DNA of 54,350 bases, counting the filler, from a bacterium (GTDB lineage Bacteria; UBP15; UBA6099; JAJRTR01): NCBI GenBank assembly GCA_024278215.1. It is 2 parts of 2 records of this genome, joined end to end, with 100 filler letters (N's around TTAATTAATTAA, not from the genome) between each part and the next. Parts side by side here need not be neighbours in the genome. Positions count along the whole stretch, not along the records: positions 1 to 25,352 come from JAJRTR010000023.1; 1 more part is not named here. One strand, 5' to 3'. Both the position numbers and the translations under genes were made by a program. This document shows positions 1-15,000 of the stretch, piece by piece. The stretch's first letter is position 1, and the number at the start of each line of letters is the position of its first letter. The notes beneath the pieces are model-generated. The model was not told the origin of the DNA. It did not search any database and saw nothing but the letters and a program-made list of their open reading frames with translations.

Positions 1-10
1 CGAAGTCGCT

Positions 11-3000
11 GTGCTGGCGGTGGACGGAGCGAGCAACACGTCGACAATCGCAACTGCATCATACGACATAGATTACACGATACCGACAATCAATGTGGCA
101 ACACCTGCATCGGGGACGTGGCAGTCGGCTCAGTTCGAGGTCGACACGACCGAGGCGGACACTGGCGGCGCGCTGCTTTCCGAGTGCCGTTATCGCGTGG
201 AATCCAACAGTGTCGAAACACTTGCGTGGCAGGTGTATACATGCGGCGAGTACGCAACGGTAACGGTGGGCGCGACGGGCTACTGCCAGAACGAAGGGTC
301 GGGTATGTGCGAAGTCGCGGTGCTGGCGGTGGACGGAGCAAGCAATACGTCGACAATCGCAACGGCATCATACAACATAGATTACACAATACCGACGACA
401 AGCATCGCGAGTCCTGCGTCGGGGACGTGGCAGTCGGCGCAGTTCGAGGTGGACACGACCGAGGCGGACACGGGCGGCGCGTTGCTGTCGGAATGTCGTT
501 ACCGAGTGGAATCCAATAGTGTCGAAACACTTTCGTGGCAGACATATACGTGCGGCGAGTACGCAACAGTAACGGTGGGCGCGACGGGCTACTGCCAGAA
601 CGAAGGGGCGGGTATGTGCGAAGTCGCTGTGCTGGCGGTGGACGGAGCGAGCAATACTTCGCTGATAGCGAGTGCGACATACAGCATAGATTATTCGAGT
701 CCGACAGTAACTTTGAATTCGCCTGCAACAGGGACATGGGAGTATACGGATTTTGATATTGATGTGGACGAGACAGACAGCGGCGGGTCCGCGCTGCTGA
801 GTTGCGAGTATCACGTCGAATCGAACACGGTGGAAACAGTTGCATGGACATCGTATGGCTGCGGCGCCACGCCGACGGTCACAGTTGGCGGCAGCGGCAA
901 CTGCGATTTCGAGGGAACGAATAGATGTCTGGTCGAGCTGCGGGCGACCGACAACGCGGGCAATGTGCAGACGAGCGCGAGCGCGACATACTCGATAGAT
1001 TTCTCCAGCCCGACAGTAGCGATCAACACGCCTGCCTCGGGCACCTATAAGAACGATGATTTCGTCGTCGACGTTACAAACGACGACGGCGGAGGTTCTC
1101 CCCTTACGACTTGTGAATATATGGTGGAAGCGAATTCGTCGGAAACAGTTTCGTGGTCGGCCTACACATGCACGAGCGATCCTACTATTACAGTGGGCAC
1201 CGCATCGGATTGCGATGTGATGGGAGACAATAAATGCGCTGTATATTTCAGGAACACCGATACGGCGGGGAATGTATCGGACATGGCGAGCCGCACATTC
1301 TCGATAGATTATGCGAGCCCGACAATCGGGATCGCCACACCTGTCGCGAGTTCCTATCAGAACGAAGAATTTACAGTCGACGTAACAAATGCCGACACAG
1401 GCGGGGCGTTGCTGTCGACGTGCGAATACAAAATAGAAGCAAACGCGTCGGAAACAGTAGCATGGACGGGATACGGTTGCGGAGTCGACCCATCTGTAAC
1501 AGTGGGAGCGGGAGTTAACTGTGACGTCGAGGGCGCGGACATGTGCGTCATATATCTGAGGAGCACCGACAACGCGGGCAATATCGCGGACACAGCGAGC
1601 CGCGCATTCTCGATAGATTATTCGAGCCCGACGACGACGATCAACAGCCCGGCCTCAGGAACATGGGAAATTGCGCAGTTTGAAGTGGATGTGACAAACA
1701 GCGACACGGGCACATCCTCGCTTTCATCATGCGAATACAGTGTCGAAAGCAACGGTGTGGAAACGCGCGCCACGGAGACATATACCTGCACGGCCAATGC
1801 CACGGTAACAGTAGGCGCGGGGCTGGATTGTCGCGACGAAGGGATCAACACATGCCGCATATTGTTCAAAAACACCGACGGCGCGGGCAATATCGACCTG
1901 TCGGCCACCCGCACATTCTCTATAGATTACTCGAGTCCGACAGTCACCATTAATTCACCGACAATCGGCGACTGGATCGGCGCGGCCGGATTTACCGTCG
2001 ATATTATCAACGCCGACACCGGCGGCTCCGGCCTTTCAACATGCGACTACCGCGTAGTGAGCGGCGCGACGGAAACAGTCGCGTGGACGGGATATACATG
2101 CACAAGCAACACCGACATATCCGTGGGCGTTTCAAACAATTGCGACTTCGAAGGAACGAACGCCTGCGAGGTGTACTTCAGAGGCACGGACACCGCCGGG
2201 AACGTCGCGGCGACGTCGTCGCGGCAGTTTTCGGTGGACTTCTCGAGTCCGACAGTTACAATCGACGGCCCGGCGGCGAGTTCGCCGGTGGGCAGTTCGG
2301 GGATCACGGTTCTGGTAACAAACACGGACACCGGCGGGTCGAACCTCGCGACATGCGAATACCGCGTCGAGAGCAACAGCGTCGAAACCCGCGCATGGAC
2401 TGCCTATACATGCACGTCGGACCCGACACTTACATCCGGAGGCGGCAACGACTGTGACTTCGAGGGAACGGACAAGTGCGAGATATTCCTGAGGGCGACA
2501 GACGATTCCGGGAATGTCGCAACGACGCAATCGAGAACATTCTCCGTCGACTTCAGCGAACCGACAATAACAGCACGCGAAACCGTGGACATGGATGGCG
2601 ACGGCTACCTGGACGCTATCCATGTAATATTCTCGGAAAATATCGATGATTCACATATAGTAGCGTCCGAGTTCGATGTCGAAAGCGTCACTGGCGAGGC
2701 GTTCGCTACCAACACGCTCGGCGACACGGAAGACGACGCCGACATTTACATAACATTTACACAGGGCACAACATGGAACACGGGCGACCTGCCCACACTG
2801 GAGTATACAGGACCGAACGCTACAGACCTCGCGAGCAACACAGTCACGGTAGACGGCGCGCCTGTAGCCTGCACCGACACCGCCGGGCCGGTCGTGTGGT
2901 CGGCGGCGACATTCGATGACGATGGTGACGGAACCATCGACCATATAAAAGTGACACTCAGCGAATCCGCCTCGGACACGACATTCGTGGCGGGCAACTG

Positions 3001-6000
3001 GAGTGTGAGCGACACGGCGTCCGTCGACGGTCTCAGCACAGGCGGCGCGATAACAAGCGAAACCGATACCGCCGATGACGATATTATTTATATCGCGATC
3101 ACAGCCTCCGCCACGCTGGATACCGACCTGATCGACGAAGTCTATGACACGACCGTCAGCGGCGGCGCGCTTACCGACATGAGCGGCAACACGATATCCG
3201 ACTGCGACAGCGCATGTGTCACGGAAACGGACGGCGCGGCACCTGTCGTGAAATCGACAATTGCCGAAGATACGGACATAAACGGATACCTCGATACTGT
3301 TACCCTGACATACAGCGAAGCGGTAGCGGGAACCGGGATTATAGCCGACTGGACGCTGACCGACGCATCCGGTTCCATTGATCTGCTGTCCGGCCTTACC
3401 GACGCGAGCGCGACGGTTTCGTCCGACACTATCACATTTACACTCGCGGACAATACGGGAACGACCGGCGCTCCTTCTTATGCCTACAGCGGAACAGATA
3501 TTCATGATACAAGCAGCAACGATATGGCCGCGACGGGCACGACACCCGTGACAGACGGCGCGAAACCCGTGATCACGGCAGCGACAGTACTCGACGACAC
3601 AAGGGATGGAACGATGGACCTTGTGAAAGTCGCCTTCAGCGAATCGGTCGACGACTCGACATTCGCGACGACAGGCTGGACTGTGAGTTCCGCAACTGTC
3701 AACGGGATGAAAACAGCAGGCTTCACAAATGAGACAGACACTGCGGACGACAACACTATCTACCTCGACATCACAGCGGCAACAACAGATGATACGGACC
3801 TCGTTACAGAGGAATACCAGACACAGGTGAGCGGCGGTGTTCTGGCGGACGCGGCGGGAAATACAGTGGCCGACTGCGCGACGAACGGATGTGTGGTCGA
3901 GCAGGACGGCGCGTCGCCGGTCGTCATAGCGGTCTCGGCGATGGACGACAACGCGGACGGCACTATCGACACAATGAAAGTAACACTGACGGAAGCCATA
4001 ACCGACGCGGACTTCGACGCGGCGCGCTGGACAGTGGCGGACACGACGACTATCGACGGCTTGAGAAGCCCGGTGCAATCGGAAACCGACACTGCCGACG
4101 ACGATACAATATATATAGCGGTGAGCGGAGCCACGCCGGACGACACCGCTCTGGACACGGAAACATACGACACAACAGCCACAAACGGGCAGCTTCACGA
4201 CGCGGCGAACAATTATATGGTCGACCTCGCCGGGGGTGATATAACCGAAACAGACGGCGCGGGACCGGCAATAATCGGTACAGACGCGTCCGCGGGCTCC
4301 AGCACTGTGATGGTCTACTTCTCGGAGAACGTCTACAATGCCACCGGTTCTCCCGCTTCACCCGGAGGCGACCTGGACGCCGCGGACATCACTTACACGG
4401 ACAATGTGCAGGGAACACGGACCATAGTGAGTTTCAATACTACGGCAGGCACGGCGACCGGAACGCTGATACTTTCCGGGGTTGTGGATTTTGTCGATGA
4501 TCTCGCGACGGATACGATACAGGTTGCTGCTGCATCCATATACGACGGCAACGACAACGCGGCCGGAAGCAACGCAAGCGCAACGCTCCAGGACAGTTCG
4601 ATACCTGAAATCGTCAAAGCGTATCAGTTCGACACGGACGGCGATGGGAATATCGACGAAATAGCTCTCGAATTCTCCGAGTTCATTGACGACTCGACGG
4701 TGTCGACGACGGACGCCGCGCGGTTCGCGTTCGGCGCCACAAACTGCCTGACTGTCGACGACACGACAGACGCGGCGGGCGCTTCCGCGAGCAATTCCAT
4801 CGACCCGGACATCGCAAACGACCAGTACATAACGCTCTTTACAGACGACTCGTCAGTTGCGGGCACCGATAAAAAGGAAATGATATATACGACATCGGCA
4901 GGCGTGTTCAGCGACTTCGGTGGAAACGATGTCGGGACGGACGCGGCGATCACGGAAGTCGACAGGGCAGCGCCCGCGTATCTGTATTCCACCATGCAGG
5001 ACACCGACGCGACCCCGAACGGTTATGTGGACCGGATAGTTGTCGTATTCTCCGAAGACATGACCGATCCCGGCAACGACTCGGCAAACTGGACGCTGTC
5101 GAATATTCCCAGCGGCGGAACAGTAAGCACAATCGGACGCACGGCGACGGCGGAGATCACAATCGCCCTGACGGAAGGCGGCGGGGCGGCGGACACCGCT
5201 GTCGGCTCGCTTCAGATTTCATTCGACGGCACGGCAACTTCCATTCATGACGCTGACGCCAACGCCGCCGCTTCGTTCGGTCCCGTGGTCCCGATAGACG
5301 GTGCCGCGCCTGTTGTCATTGCAGCTTCCACGGCGGACAGCAATATTGTCGACGGATACGTGGACACTGTGCTGATAACTTATTCCGAAGCCGTCAGAAC
5401 AACAGCGGGCGACGGCGCGCTCGACATCGCCGACCTGGCCTCCAACACGCTCACCGGTGAGACCTACGCATCGGGAAGCGGAACGGTGACACTGACGTTC
5501 ACGGCGACAAATTCAATGAACGTCGACGCTTGGGACACGGACGAAGTGCCTGCGACGGTAACTTACGCGACAGGCACCGGTTCCCTGGACATTGTAGACG
5601 TGTCGGACCAGGCGAACGAAGCGATAGCACAGGCGTTCGCGGCTGTGACGGACGGCGCGGTGCCGATAATCGTCGCTGCGCGCACAGGCGAGGCAACAGG
5701 CACTGAAAACGGGTTCGTCGATATTATCCGTCTGACATATTCCGAACCGGTGACGATACCCGCGGGCGCACGGAGCGAGTTTGCCGTCGCGGACCTCGCA
5801 TCCAACAACCTCACGAACGAATCGTGCGCGGTCGGCGGCTGCGGAAGTGGAACGCAATATATAGAAATAAGCGTAACCAACACGGAAAACGCGAGCGCGT
5901 ACGACACCGAGGAGACACCGGCGAATATCGTTTACACGCAATCGGCCGGAATAGTTCAGGACATGTCCGCCGCCGCGAACGACGCGCCCACACAGACGTT

Positions 6001-9000
6001 CAGCAGTGTCACGGACGGCGCGGGACCGTGGCTGCAGGCGATAAGTCTGTATGACACGACAACAAGCAGTTCGGCCTATTCAAACAACCTGACAATCGGG
6101 GTTTCATTCGACACAGTGACAGGCAGCGCGGTGGATATGTTGTTCGCGCAGGACTCGGGCTTCGCTTCCAACACCGCCGGGTGGGCGGCCTTCAGTTCGC
6201 CGACGACATACACACTTACTGACGCGCAGGGCACGCGCACGGTATACCTCGAACTTCGCGATTCCTCCGGGAACATCGGCGCTTATGTAAGCAATGAAAT
6301 AATAATTGATACGGTCATGCCCGCGGTGACGCTCGGGCAACCCAACGGCGGCGAGACGATAACAGGCCTGCCGGGATATACCTATAACATCACATGGGCC
6401 GCAAGCGACGATAACATCGAGGACGCGCCCATATCGCTTTATCTCGACATAAACGATGGAGCCACGGTTACAACGACCATTGCCACAGGGCAACTCGACA
6501 CGGGTTCGTACACGTGGGACCCGCCTGAAAACGAAACGGACAATGCCTGGATAAGAATCGTCGCAACAGATAAAGCAGGCAATGAAACTACCGATTACAG
6601 CGACTCGCCGTTCAGCCTTGACAGCGAGACTCCGAGCGTCACACTCGAAGACCCCGCGCCGACTGAAGAATGGAAAGGCGGCGGCAGCCAGGACATCACA
6701 TGGACAGTAGTGGACGCGCATATCACAGGCGCGAGCCCGATAGCAATTTACTATTCGACAGACGGATTCACATCCACAAATACAATCACCACCGGTGTCG
6801 GCAGGGGAACTCCGGTCGGCGGCGACAGCTACCAGGGCACATATACGTGGAACCCTGTCGATTCGATAACGGACAATGTCGAGATCAGGGTCGTCGCAAC
6901 CGACGACTCGGGACTCCAGGGCCAGAGCCTGGATGTTGCTATTGTTATCGACAGTACTCCGCCGAACACCGGCTCGATAACAATCGTCGACAACTCCGGC
7001 TGGACAAACGACACAACGCCGGAACTGCAAATCGCCACTCTGGACAACACTTCGGAGGCGATGCAAAGCAGCGACACGATGAAGCTGGCCTGCACGGAAG
7101 CGGGGCTCGCTTCCGCCACCGCCGTTCCTTACGCGACATCGGTTACGACCTTCGACATCACCACCGGGCCGGGCTGCGCCGACGCGGACGGAGAAATATA
7201 CGTCTGGGTCGAGTTCGCCGACGTCGCAGGCAATATCCAGACTACGCATGTCAGCGACAGCACCAACCTCGAACGCGACGCCACAGACATCGTCACCGCC
7301 GTCCAGGGCTGCAACGACACGAGTTGCACGAGCCCGATATCGCCGCCGCCCGCATATGCCGTGGTTCCCGATCCATATTTCGAATGGACCGCCCCGACAT
7401 CCGGCGCGGGCATCGCGCCCATGGAAGGCTATTCCGTGGTGCTGACGCTCCGCACCGATCCGGACCCCGCCTCGTGCACCGTTCACGTCACGACCGAATC
7501 GAAACACTTCTCACAGTCCGAAGTCGCGGCTGTCGTGCAGGGCACCAACGGCGAGGCGACCGTATGGATCAAACCCATAGACAAGGCAGGCAACTGCGGA
7601 CAGACAGCATCTTATGACGTCAATGTGGACATCTTCGCGCCGGATTCGCCGACTATCACCGTGTCGAACTATGAATATCTCGACGCTTCCACCACCCCGG
7701 ACACCTACTGGGTCAAAGGCCTGAACCCGTTCAACATGACCGTGCGGTACCAGGAAGCCGCATCCATCGACGTAATATACACATCGTTCAACCAGGACGC
7801 TCCCGACTATATGATACTTTCCCACGACTGGAATTCCGCGTCGACTATATATGACGACAACACGGTCGGCGCCATGTTCATAACATCGTTCTCGGGCGTC
7901 GAGACGGAAGGCAGCGGCGACGGTGCCGCCATCCCGACACCGAGCGCGAGTGACGGCTTCGCCTATACCTGGACTCTTAATCCCCTCGAGACCAACGCGA
8001 CATACTACATAAGGTCGAGAGGCACGGACCAGGTCGGCAACGACAGCGGCTGGTCTTCCGACACGCTTTACATCAATATCGACTCGACAAAACCGACATT
8101 CACACTGCTCGAAGTCAAAACAGACGATGGAAACACCTCGATATCGGCCAACGACTACGATGTCTTCACAAACGACACAACTCCTGAATTCGCCGGTATC
8201 CTTACAGACGCTGAAAGCGGTCTCAACAGGGTCGACTATATATGCGACAACGGTAACGACTGCGGTGGCAACATGCCCGATACCTGGACCACCGGTGACA
8301 CGGGCAGCGCGGTGTGGAGCGTGACAACACCCGTCATTTCAGGACACAACGACGTCCACCTCAGGGGCTTCGATAATGTGTATAACTACACGACTTCCGG
8401 CGACGGTGCCGTCGCCGACGCCGACGTCTTCATCGACAACATGCCCCCGCTCAGCGCGTCGGCGTCGATTGTCGCAACGTCAACCGTCGGCACGCAGATA
8501 GACCTGTCGTGGTCCATTCCGCTCGACCAGGGCGACGGCACGGGTGCCGTGGACGGCGCGACGGAATCATACGGTGAAGCACAGGACTGGTACCGCGTCG
8601 GCGACGTCGGTGTACAGATCGTACGAACCGACGTTATAACGCTGGCGACAACTACCGTTCTCACGTGGACGACGGATACTTCATTCACTGACACCGGTCT
8701 TTCTCCCGACAGTGTTTACAGGTACGATTTCATAACGCGCGACAATAACAGTGAAACGCGTGGCTCATGGCACAACCAGACGGCGACATACACGTTCCAG
8801 GTCAGCACTATCCCGAACGCCGTGTTCATATCCAGCCTGGACGTAAGCTACGACCCGCCGAGCGCGCAGGGGGGGAACGACGAGGGCCACACCATTATCG
8901 TCAATAATGATCCCAACGGCAACGTGCTGCCGGTCAATTTCGAGATCACCATGACTTCAATCGACGGTGTGCCCGATGGTACTGTCACGGCGACGACCAG

Positions 9001-12000
9001 CATCGCCGTGAAGTTTATAAACCTGCTCGAGAACACAACATACTGCTTCACCCTCGTGGCCGTAAGCGACGATGGAGTAAGGACAACTACATCCGCCGAA
9101 GAGTGCGAAAAAACTATCGACTTCGCCGATGTAACGCCGCCGGTGTTTACAGGGGTTCAGTCCGTGACAGACCCGTTGACCGGCGGCACGCTCGTGCTGG
9201 CATGGGATGCCGCCACAGACGATTCGGCTCCGATTACATACAAAATTTTCGTTTCCGAAACTTCACGCAGCTACGACTTTAACAGCCCGATTGCCGAAAC
9301 CACGGACCTGAGCGCGACTATTACCGAACTTGTTCCCGGCACTCCTCTGCAAAACAACAATACGTACTACTTCGTAATGCGCGCCCAGGACGGCTCACTC
9401 GCCGCCAACATTACAAGTTCCACCAACACGCCCGAACTATCCGGCGTTCCCACTCTCGACGACATACCGCCTACCATCACCGACAACCAGGCAGGCGACG
9501 ACAACTGGTATGCCTCCGACCCCGGCCTCATCTATGACGTGGACTTCACGGACACAGGCGGCGCGCTCCTCGACAATGTCCAGTACACCATGTGGAGCGG
9601 CTCCGCATTCTCCAGTTCCGAAGTTCTCACCTGGACGAATATCGCTTCCGGCATCGACGCGGCCACCTATACCGCCGAATGGGGTGTCGACTTCAGCTCG
9701 GCTGTCGACGGGCGCAACTACGTTTCTGTGCGCGGCTACGACAACTTCGCCAACCTTTCCGCGCCTGCCACCGATGTATTCTATGTGCAGAAAGATACAA
9801 CACCGCCCTCCATCGCCGACAACCAGACGGGCGACGACTCATGGCGCAACTCTGATCCCGGCGCGATATACGACGTAGACTTCACAGACGGCAATTACTC
9901 GCTGCTCGATAACGCACAGTATACTGTCTGGTCCGCATCCGGCATGAGCGCGGGCACAGGCACGGAAGTCATCGCCTGGACAGACATCGCCGCAAGTATA
10001 GATTCCGCCACATACTCGACCAACTGGAGTGTGGACTTCAGCAGCCTCGGCGAAGGGTACAACTTCGTTTCCGTCCGAGCATACGACAATGTCGCGAATG
10101 CAAGCTCCGTCGCGACGGATGTCTTCTACATTAAAAGAGACACCACGCCGCCGACTGTCACCGACAACCAGGCGGACGACGACATCTGGCGCAACACCGA
10201 CCCCGGCGCGATATACGACGTAGACTTCGCGGACACCGGCGGTTCGCTGCTCGACAGTGTGCAGTATACCGTATGGAGCGGTGCCGGCTTCAGCGGCAGC
10301 GAGCAGGTCGCCTGGACGAATATTGCAACGGGCGTGTCCTCAGGCACATATACGACCGACTGGGCCGTCGATTTCGACGCCGCGGCCGAGGGCTACAACT
10401 ATGTTTCCGTACGCGCCATTGACGGCGTCGGCAACATTTCCGCCGTGGCAACGGATACGTTCTCATTTAAGAAGGACACAACCGGCCCTTCCGTCACCGA
10501 CAACCAGACGGGCGACGACACATGGTACGACAATGCGTCCACACCGGTGTTCGATGTCGACTTCGGCGACACGCTTTCGCAACTCGACAACATCCAATAC
10601 ACAATATGGTCCGGTGCCGGCATGAGCGGCACGGAGTTCATTACATGGACCGACATCGCCGACAACCTCGACTCGGCCGCTTATTCGACAGACTGGTCCA
10701 TCGACATGGCCACTCTGACCGACGGCGTAAACTATATTTCCGTGCGTGCCTACGACATGATCGGCAATATTTCAGACGTTTCCACAGATGTCTTTTATGT
10801 CAGGATGGACACATCGCCGCCGACTATTACCGACAACCAGACGGGCGACGACACATGGCGCAATACCGACCCCGGCCCGATCTTCGACGTCGACTTCAGC
10901 GACTACGGCTCTCAACTCGACAACATACAGTATTCCATATGGGACGGAGCACTACTGTCGGGTACGGAAGTTATCGGCTGGACGGACATCGCCTCCTCGA
11001 TAAATGCCACGGAATACAACACGGACTGGGCTGTCGACTTCGCGTCGGCGGTCGAGGGTTTCAACTACGTTTCAATCCGCGCCTACGACAATCTCGGCAA
11101 TGTTACCGATGTCGCGACCGACGCGTTCTACATCAAAAAGGACACCACGCCGCCGGTAGTCACGGATAATCAGTCCGGCGATGACACATGGTACGATGCG
11201 GATCCGGGTGCGGTGTTCGATGTCGACTTCACCGACGCGGGCGGTTCACAACTGGAGAACGTGCAGTATACAGTCTGGAGCGCGTCCGGCATGGGATCGG
11301 GCACGGGAACCGAGGTCATCTCCTGGACCGACATCAGCGCCGGCATCGCCTCCGATTCATATACGGTCGACTGGGCCGTCGACTTCGGGTCTTTGAACGA
11401 GGGCTTCAACTTTGTCACCGTCCGCGCTTACGACACGGTGGGGAATGTCTCGACCGTCGCTACCGACGTGTTCTACATAAAGAAGGATACCATCGGACCC
11501 GCGATAACCGACAACCAGACGGGGGACGACACATGGTATAACGACGCGTCGACTCCCGTGTTCGACGTCGACTTCAGCGACATCGACGCTTCGCTGCTCT
11601 CCAATGTACAATATACTGCCTGGAGCGGCGCGGACTTCTCAGGCTCGGAAGTTATTACATGGACAGATATTTCAACAGGAATAAACAGCGCCACATACAC
11701 GACCGACTGGAGCATCGACATCCCGTCGGTCGCCGACGGAATAAATTATATTTCCGTCAGGGCTTATGATATCGCCGGCAACGTATCATCCGTCGCGACA
11801 GACGCTTTCTATGTGAAAAAAGACTCGACGCCACCTTCGTTTACAGACAACCAGACAGGCGACGACACTTGGCGCAACACCGATCCGGGCGCTGTATTCG
11901 ACATCGACTTCAGCGACTCCGGCGCGCTGCTCGATAAAGTTCAGTACACCATCCGCGACGCCTCGGGCCTCGGCGGCTCCGAAGTCGTCGCCTGGACAGA

Positions 12001-15000
12001 CATCGCCGCTTCCATAGATTCCGCCGCCTACACGACAGATTGGGCCGTCGATTTCGATTCCTGCGTCGAAGGGCTCAACTATGTCTCCGTACGCGCCTAC
12101 GACCAGGTCGGAAACCTGATGCCGACAGCCACGGATGTCTTCTATGTTAAAAAAGATACAACATCGCCGACTGTCGCGGACAACCAGACGGGCGACGATA
12201 CATGGTACGCGCTAAGTCCCGGCGCGGTGTTCGATGTCGATTTCTCCGACGGCGATTTCTCCCTGCTCGACAAAGTCCAGTATGCTGTCTGGTCCGCCTC
12301 CGGCATGGGCGCGGGCACAGGCACGGAAGTTATCACCTGGACCGATATCGCAACCGGCGTCGGTTCCGCGAGCTACACCACTCAATGGGGCGTCGATTTC
12401 GCCGGGCTCGACGATGGATATAACTACGTTTCCGTCCGTGCCTACGATACCGTCGGCAATGTCTCGGAAGCGGCCACCGATGTATTCTATATAAAGAAAG
12501 ACACAACCGGGCCCGCGATAACCGACAACCAGGCGGGTGACGATACATGGTACAACGCCTCGGCGACTCCGGTTTTCGATGTGGACTTCGGCGACTCCGA
12601 CGGCTCGCTGCTCGACAACGTGCAATATTCCGTGTGGTCCGCCTCCGGCATGGGCGGCACGGAAATCATCGCCTGGACAAATATCGCTTCGGACATCAAT
12701 CAGTCAACATACACCACCGACTGGCAGGTGGATATGCCCGGCCTGCAGGACGGCACCAACTACGTCACAGTGCGCGCCTACGATACCGTAGGTAATGTAT
12801 CCGCAACCGCCACAGATGTTTTCTATGTGAAGAAAGACTCGACGCCGCCCGCCGTCACTGACAACCAGCCGGGCGACGACACCTGGTATGCGGAAGACCC
12901 GGGTGCGGTGTTCGACGTCGACTTCAGCGACACGAGTGGCTCGCTGCTCGATAAACTGGAATATACGATATGGTCCGGCGCGGCGATGTCCGGCTCGGAA
13001 GTCATCACCTGGACGACTATCGCCGACAATCTGAATACCGAAACTTACACGGATAACTGGGCTGTAAACTTCGCAAGCGCCGCCGAGGACAATAACTATG
13101 TCTCCGTACGCGCCTACGACATGGTCGGCAATGTTTCCAGTGTCGCGACCGATGTGTTTTATGTTAAAAAAGACACCACGAAGCCGCAGATCGTCGACAA
13201 CCAGGCTGGTGACGATACATGGTATAACGCTTCGGCAACGCCGGTATTCGATGTGGACTTCGAAGACCCCGACGGTGCCGACCTCGACAACGTGCAGTAT
13301 ACAGTGTGGTCGGGAACCGGCATGAGCGGCAGCGAAATCATCACCTGGACGGACATCGCCTCCGGCATAAATTCGGGGACCTACACTGACGACTGGCAGG
13401 TCGACATCGCCGGCCTCGAAGACGGTTTCAATTACGTTTCCGTCAGGGCTTTCGACTCCGTGGGCAACCGTTCGGCGACAGGAACGGATGTCTTCTACGT
13501 AAAGAAGGACTCGACACCGCCCACGATTACGGATAACCAGGACAACGACACCACCTGGCACAAAAGCGATCCCGGCGCCGTGTATGATGTCGACTTCGGC
13601 GACGACGGCTCTTTGCTTAATGTCGCCAGATATACAATATGGACCGAAGCTTCGATGGGCGGCGAACAGGTTATCGAATGGACGGCAATCGCGGAAAACA
13701 TCGACGCGGCAACCTATTCGGATAACTGGGGCGTCGACTTCGACAACATGGCGGAAGGCTACAACTATGTGTCTGTCATCGCATACGACAATGTCCTGAA
13801 CGTATCCGCCGTCGCCACCGATGTATTCTACATACTGAAAGACACACTTGCGCCGACCGCGCAGATTTTCTCCCCCACTTCGGGCACAAGCATCTCGGAC
13901 GGCTCGGTCATCATAACAGGCACAGCCGACGACGAAGGCGATGCGATTTCTTATTCCGTCGAATACAGCCCCGACAGCGGTACTTCCTGGAAGGAAATAG
14001 CTTCCGGAAATGAAGGGGTTGTCTCCGGCACATTCACCACATGGGACACTTCCGAACTCTCCGGCGATTACACCATCAGGCTCAGTGTCACGGACATTTC
14101 GGGCAACCTCACACAGGATTCCGTCACAGTCAATATCTCCAACGCCGTGACAATCTCAGGCACGATACCGGCGGACAAGTGGGCGATGATTTCCATCCCC
14201 GGCAACCCGGTGACAACCAATCCCGCTTCGTTCCTCGGCAGCACGAGCTACGCCATCAGGAAATGGGACCCGGCCGTCACGCAGGACGACCCGATACTCG
14301 CGAAATACAAAACCGAGTTCTCGATTGGCTCGGGCGACGGATTCTGGGTAATGCCCTTCGACGACAGCATCAGCTACAGCCTTACCGTCGAGGTGTCGGA
14401 CACAACCGCTTTCCAGACGGTACACCTCGAGAACGGCTGGAACCAGATCGGCGTGCCCTACAACAGGGCGATGCTGCTCGGCGACGTGATGGTGAAAAAC
14501 ACAAGCACCGGCGAGACCCTCAGCATGTCCGCCGCAGCCGACAACAACTGGATCGTCGGCGGCACGGCCTATTCATATAACGGGAGCGGCTACGACCAGG
14601 TCGCGGACACTGAAAAACTGTCGCAGAGCGAAGGCTACTTCATAAAATGCGGCGACGTTTCACTGCTGCCGTCGGGCTGCGACCTGCTGTTCGATCCCGG
14701 CTCGGAAAGGCTCGGCGGCATCGCCCGCGTCATCAGGCAGCCTACTTTCGACTTCAAACTCCAGGTGGCCGCGCAGGGCGGCGGTGTCGAGGACACAGAC
14801 AACTTCATCGGCGTGGTTTCCAACGGGCGCCTCGCCTATGACGGTCTGGACAAACCCGAACCGCCTACTATCGAACCCTACATAAGCCTGTACTTCCCGC
14901 AGCCCGACTGGGGCGGCATGGCCGGTCGCTACGCCAACGACATCCGCGGCTTCTACACAGGTGTCTCCACCTGGAAATTCGCTGTCGACACAGACCTCGA

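Noticed and set aside
2651..7507. Long antisense or alternate-frame ORFs inside the giant gene (e.g. 2651-4198, 6104-7507)
   Set aside because: Shadow ORFs caused by biased codon usage; no recognisable motifs.
9460..13850. Regularly spaced GACAACCAG..GG.GACGA DNA repeats as a possible CRISPR array or DGR
   Set aside because: The ~335-bp period is in frame within a coding repeat; there are no unique 30-40 bp spacers, cas genes or reverse transcriptase.
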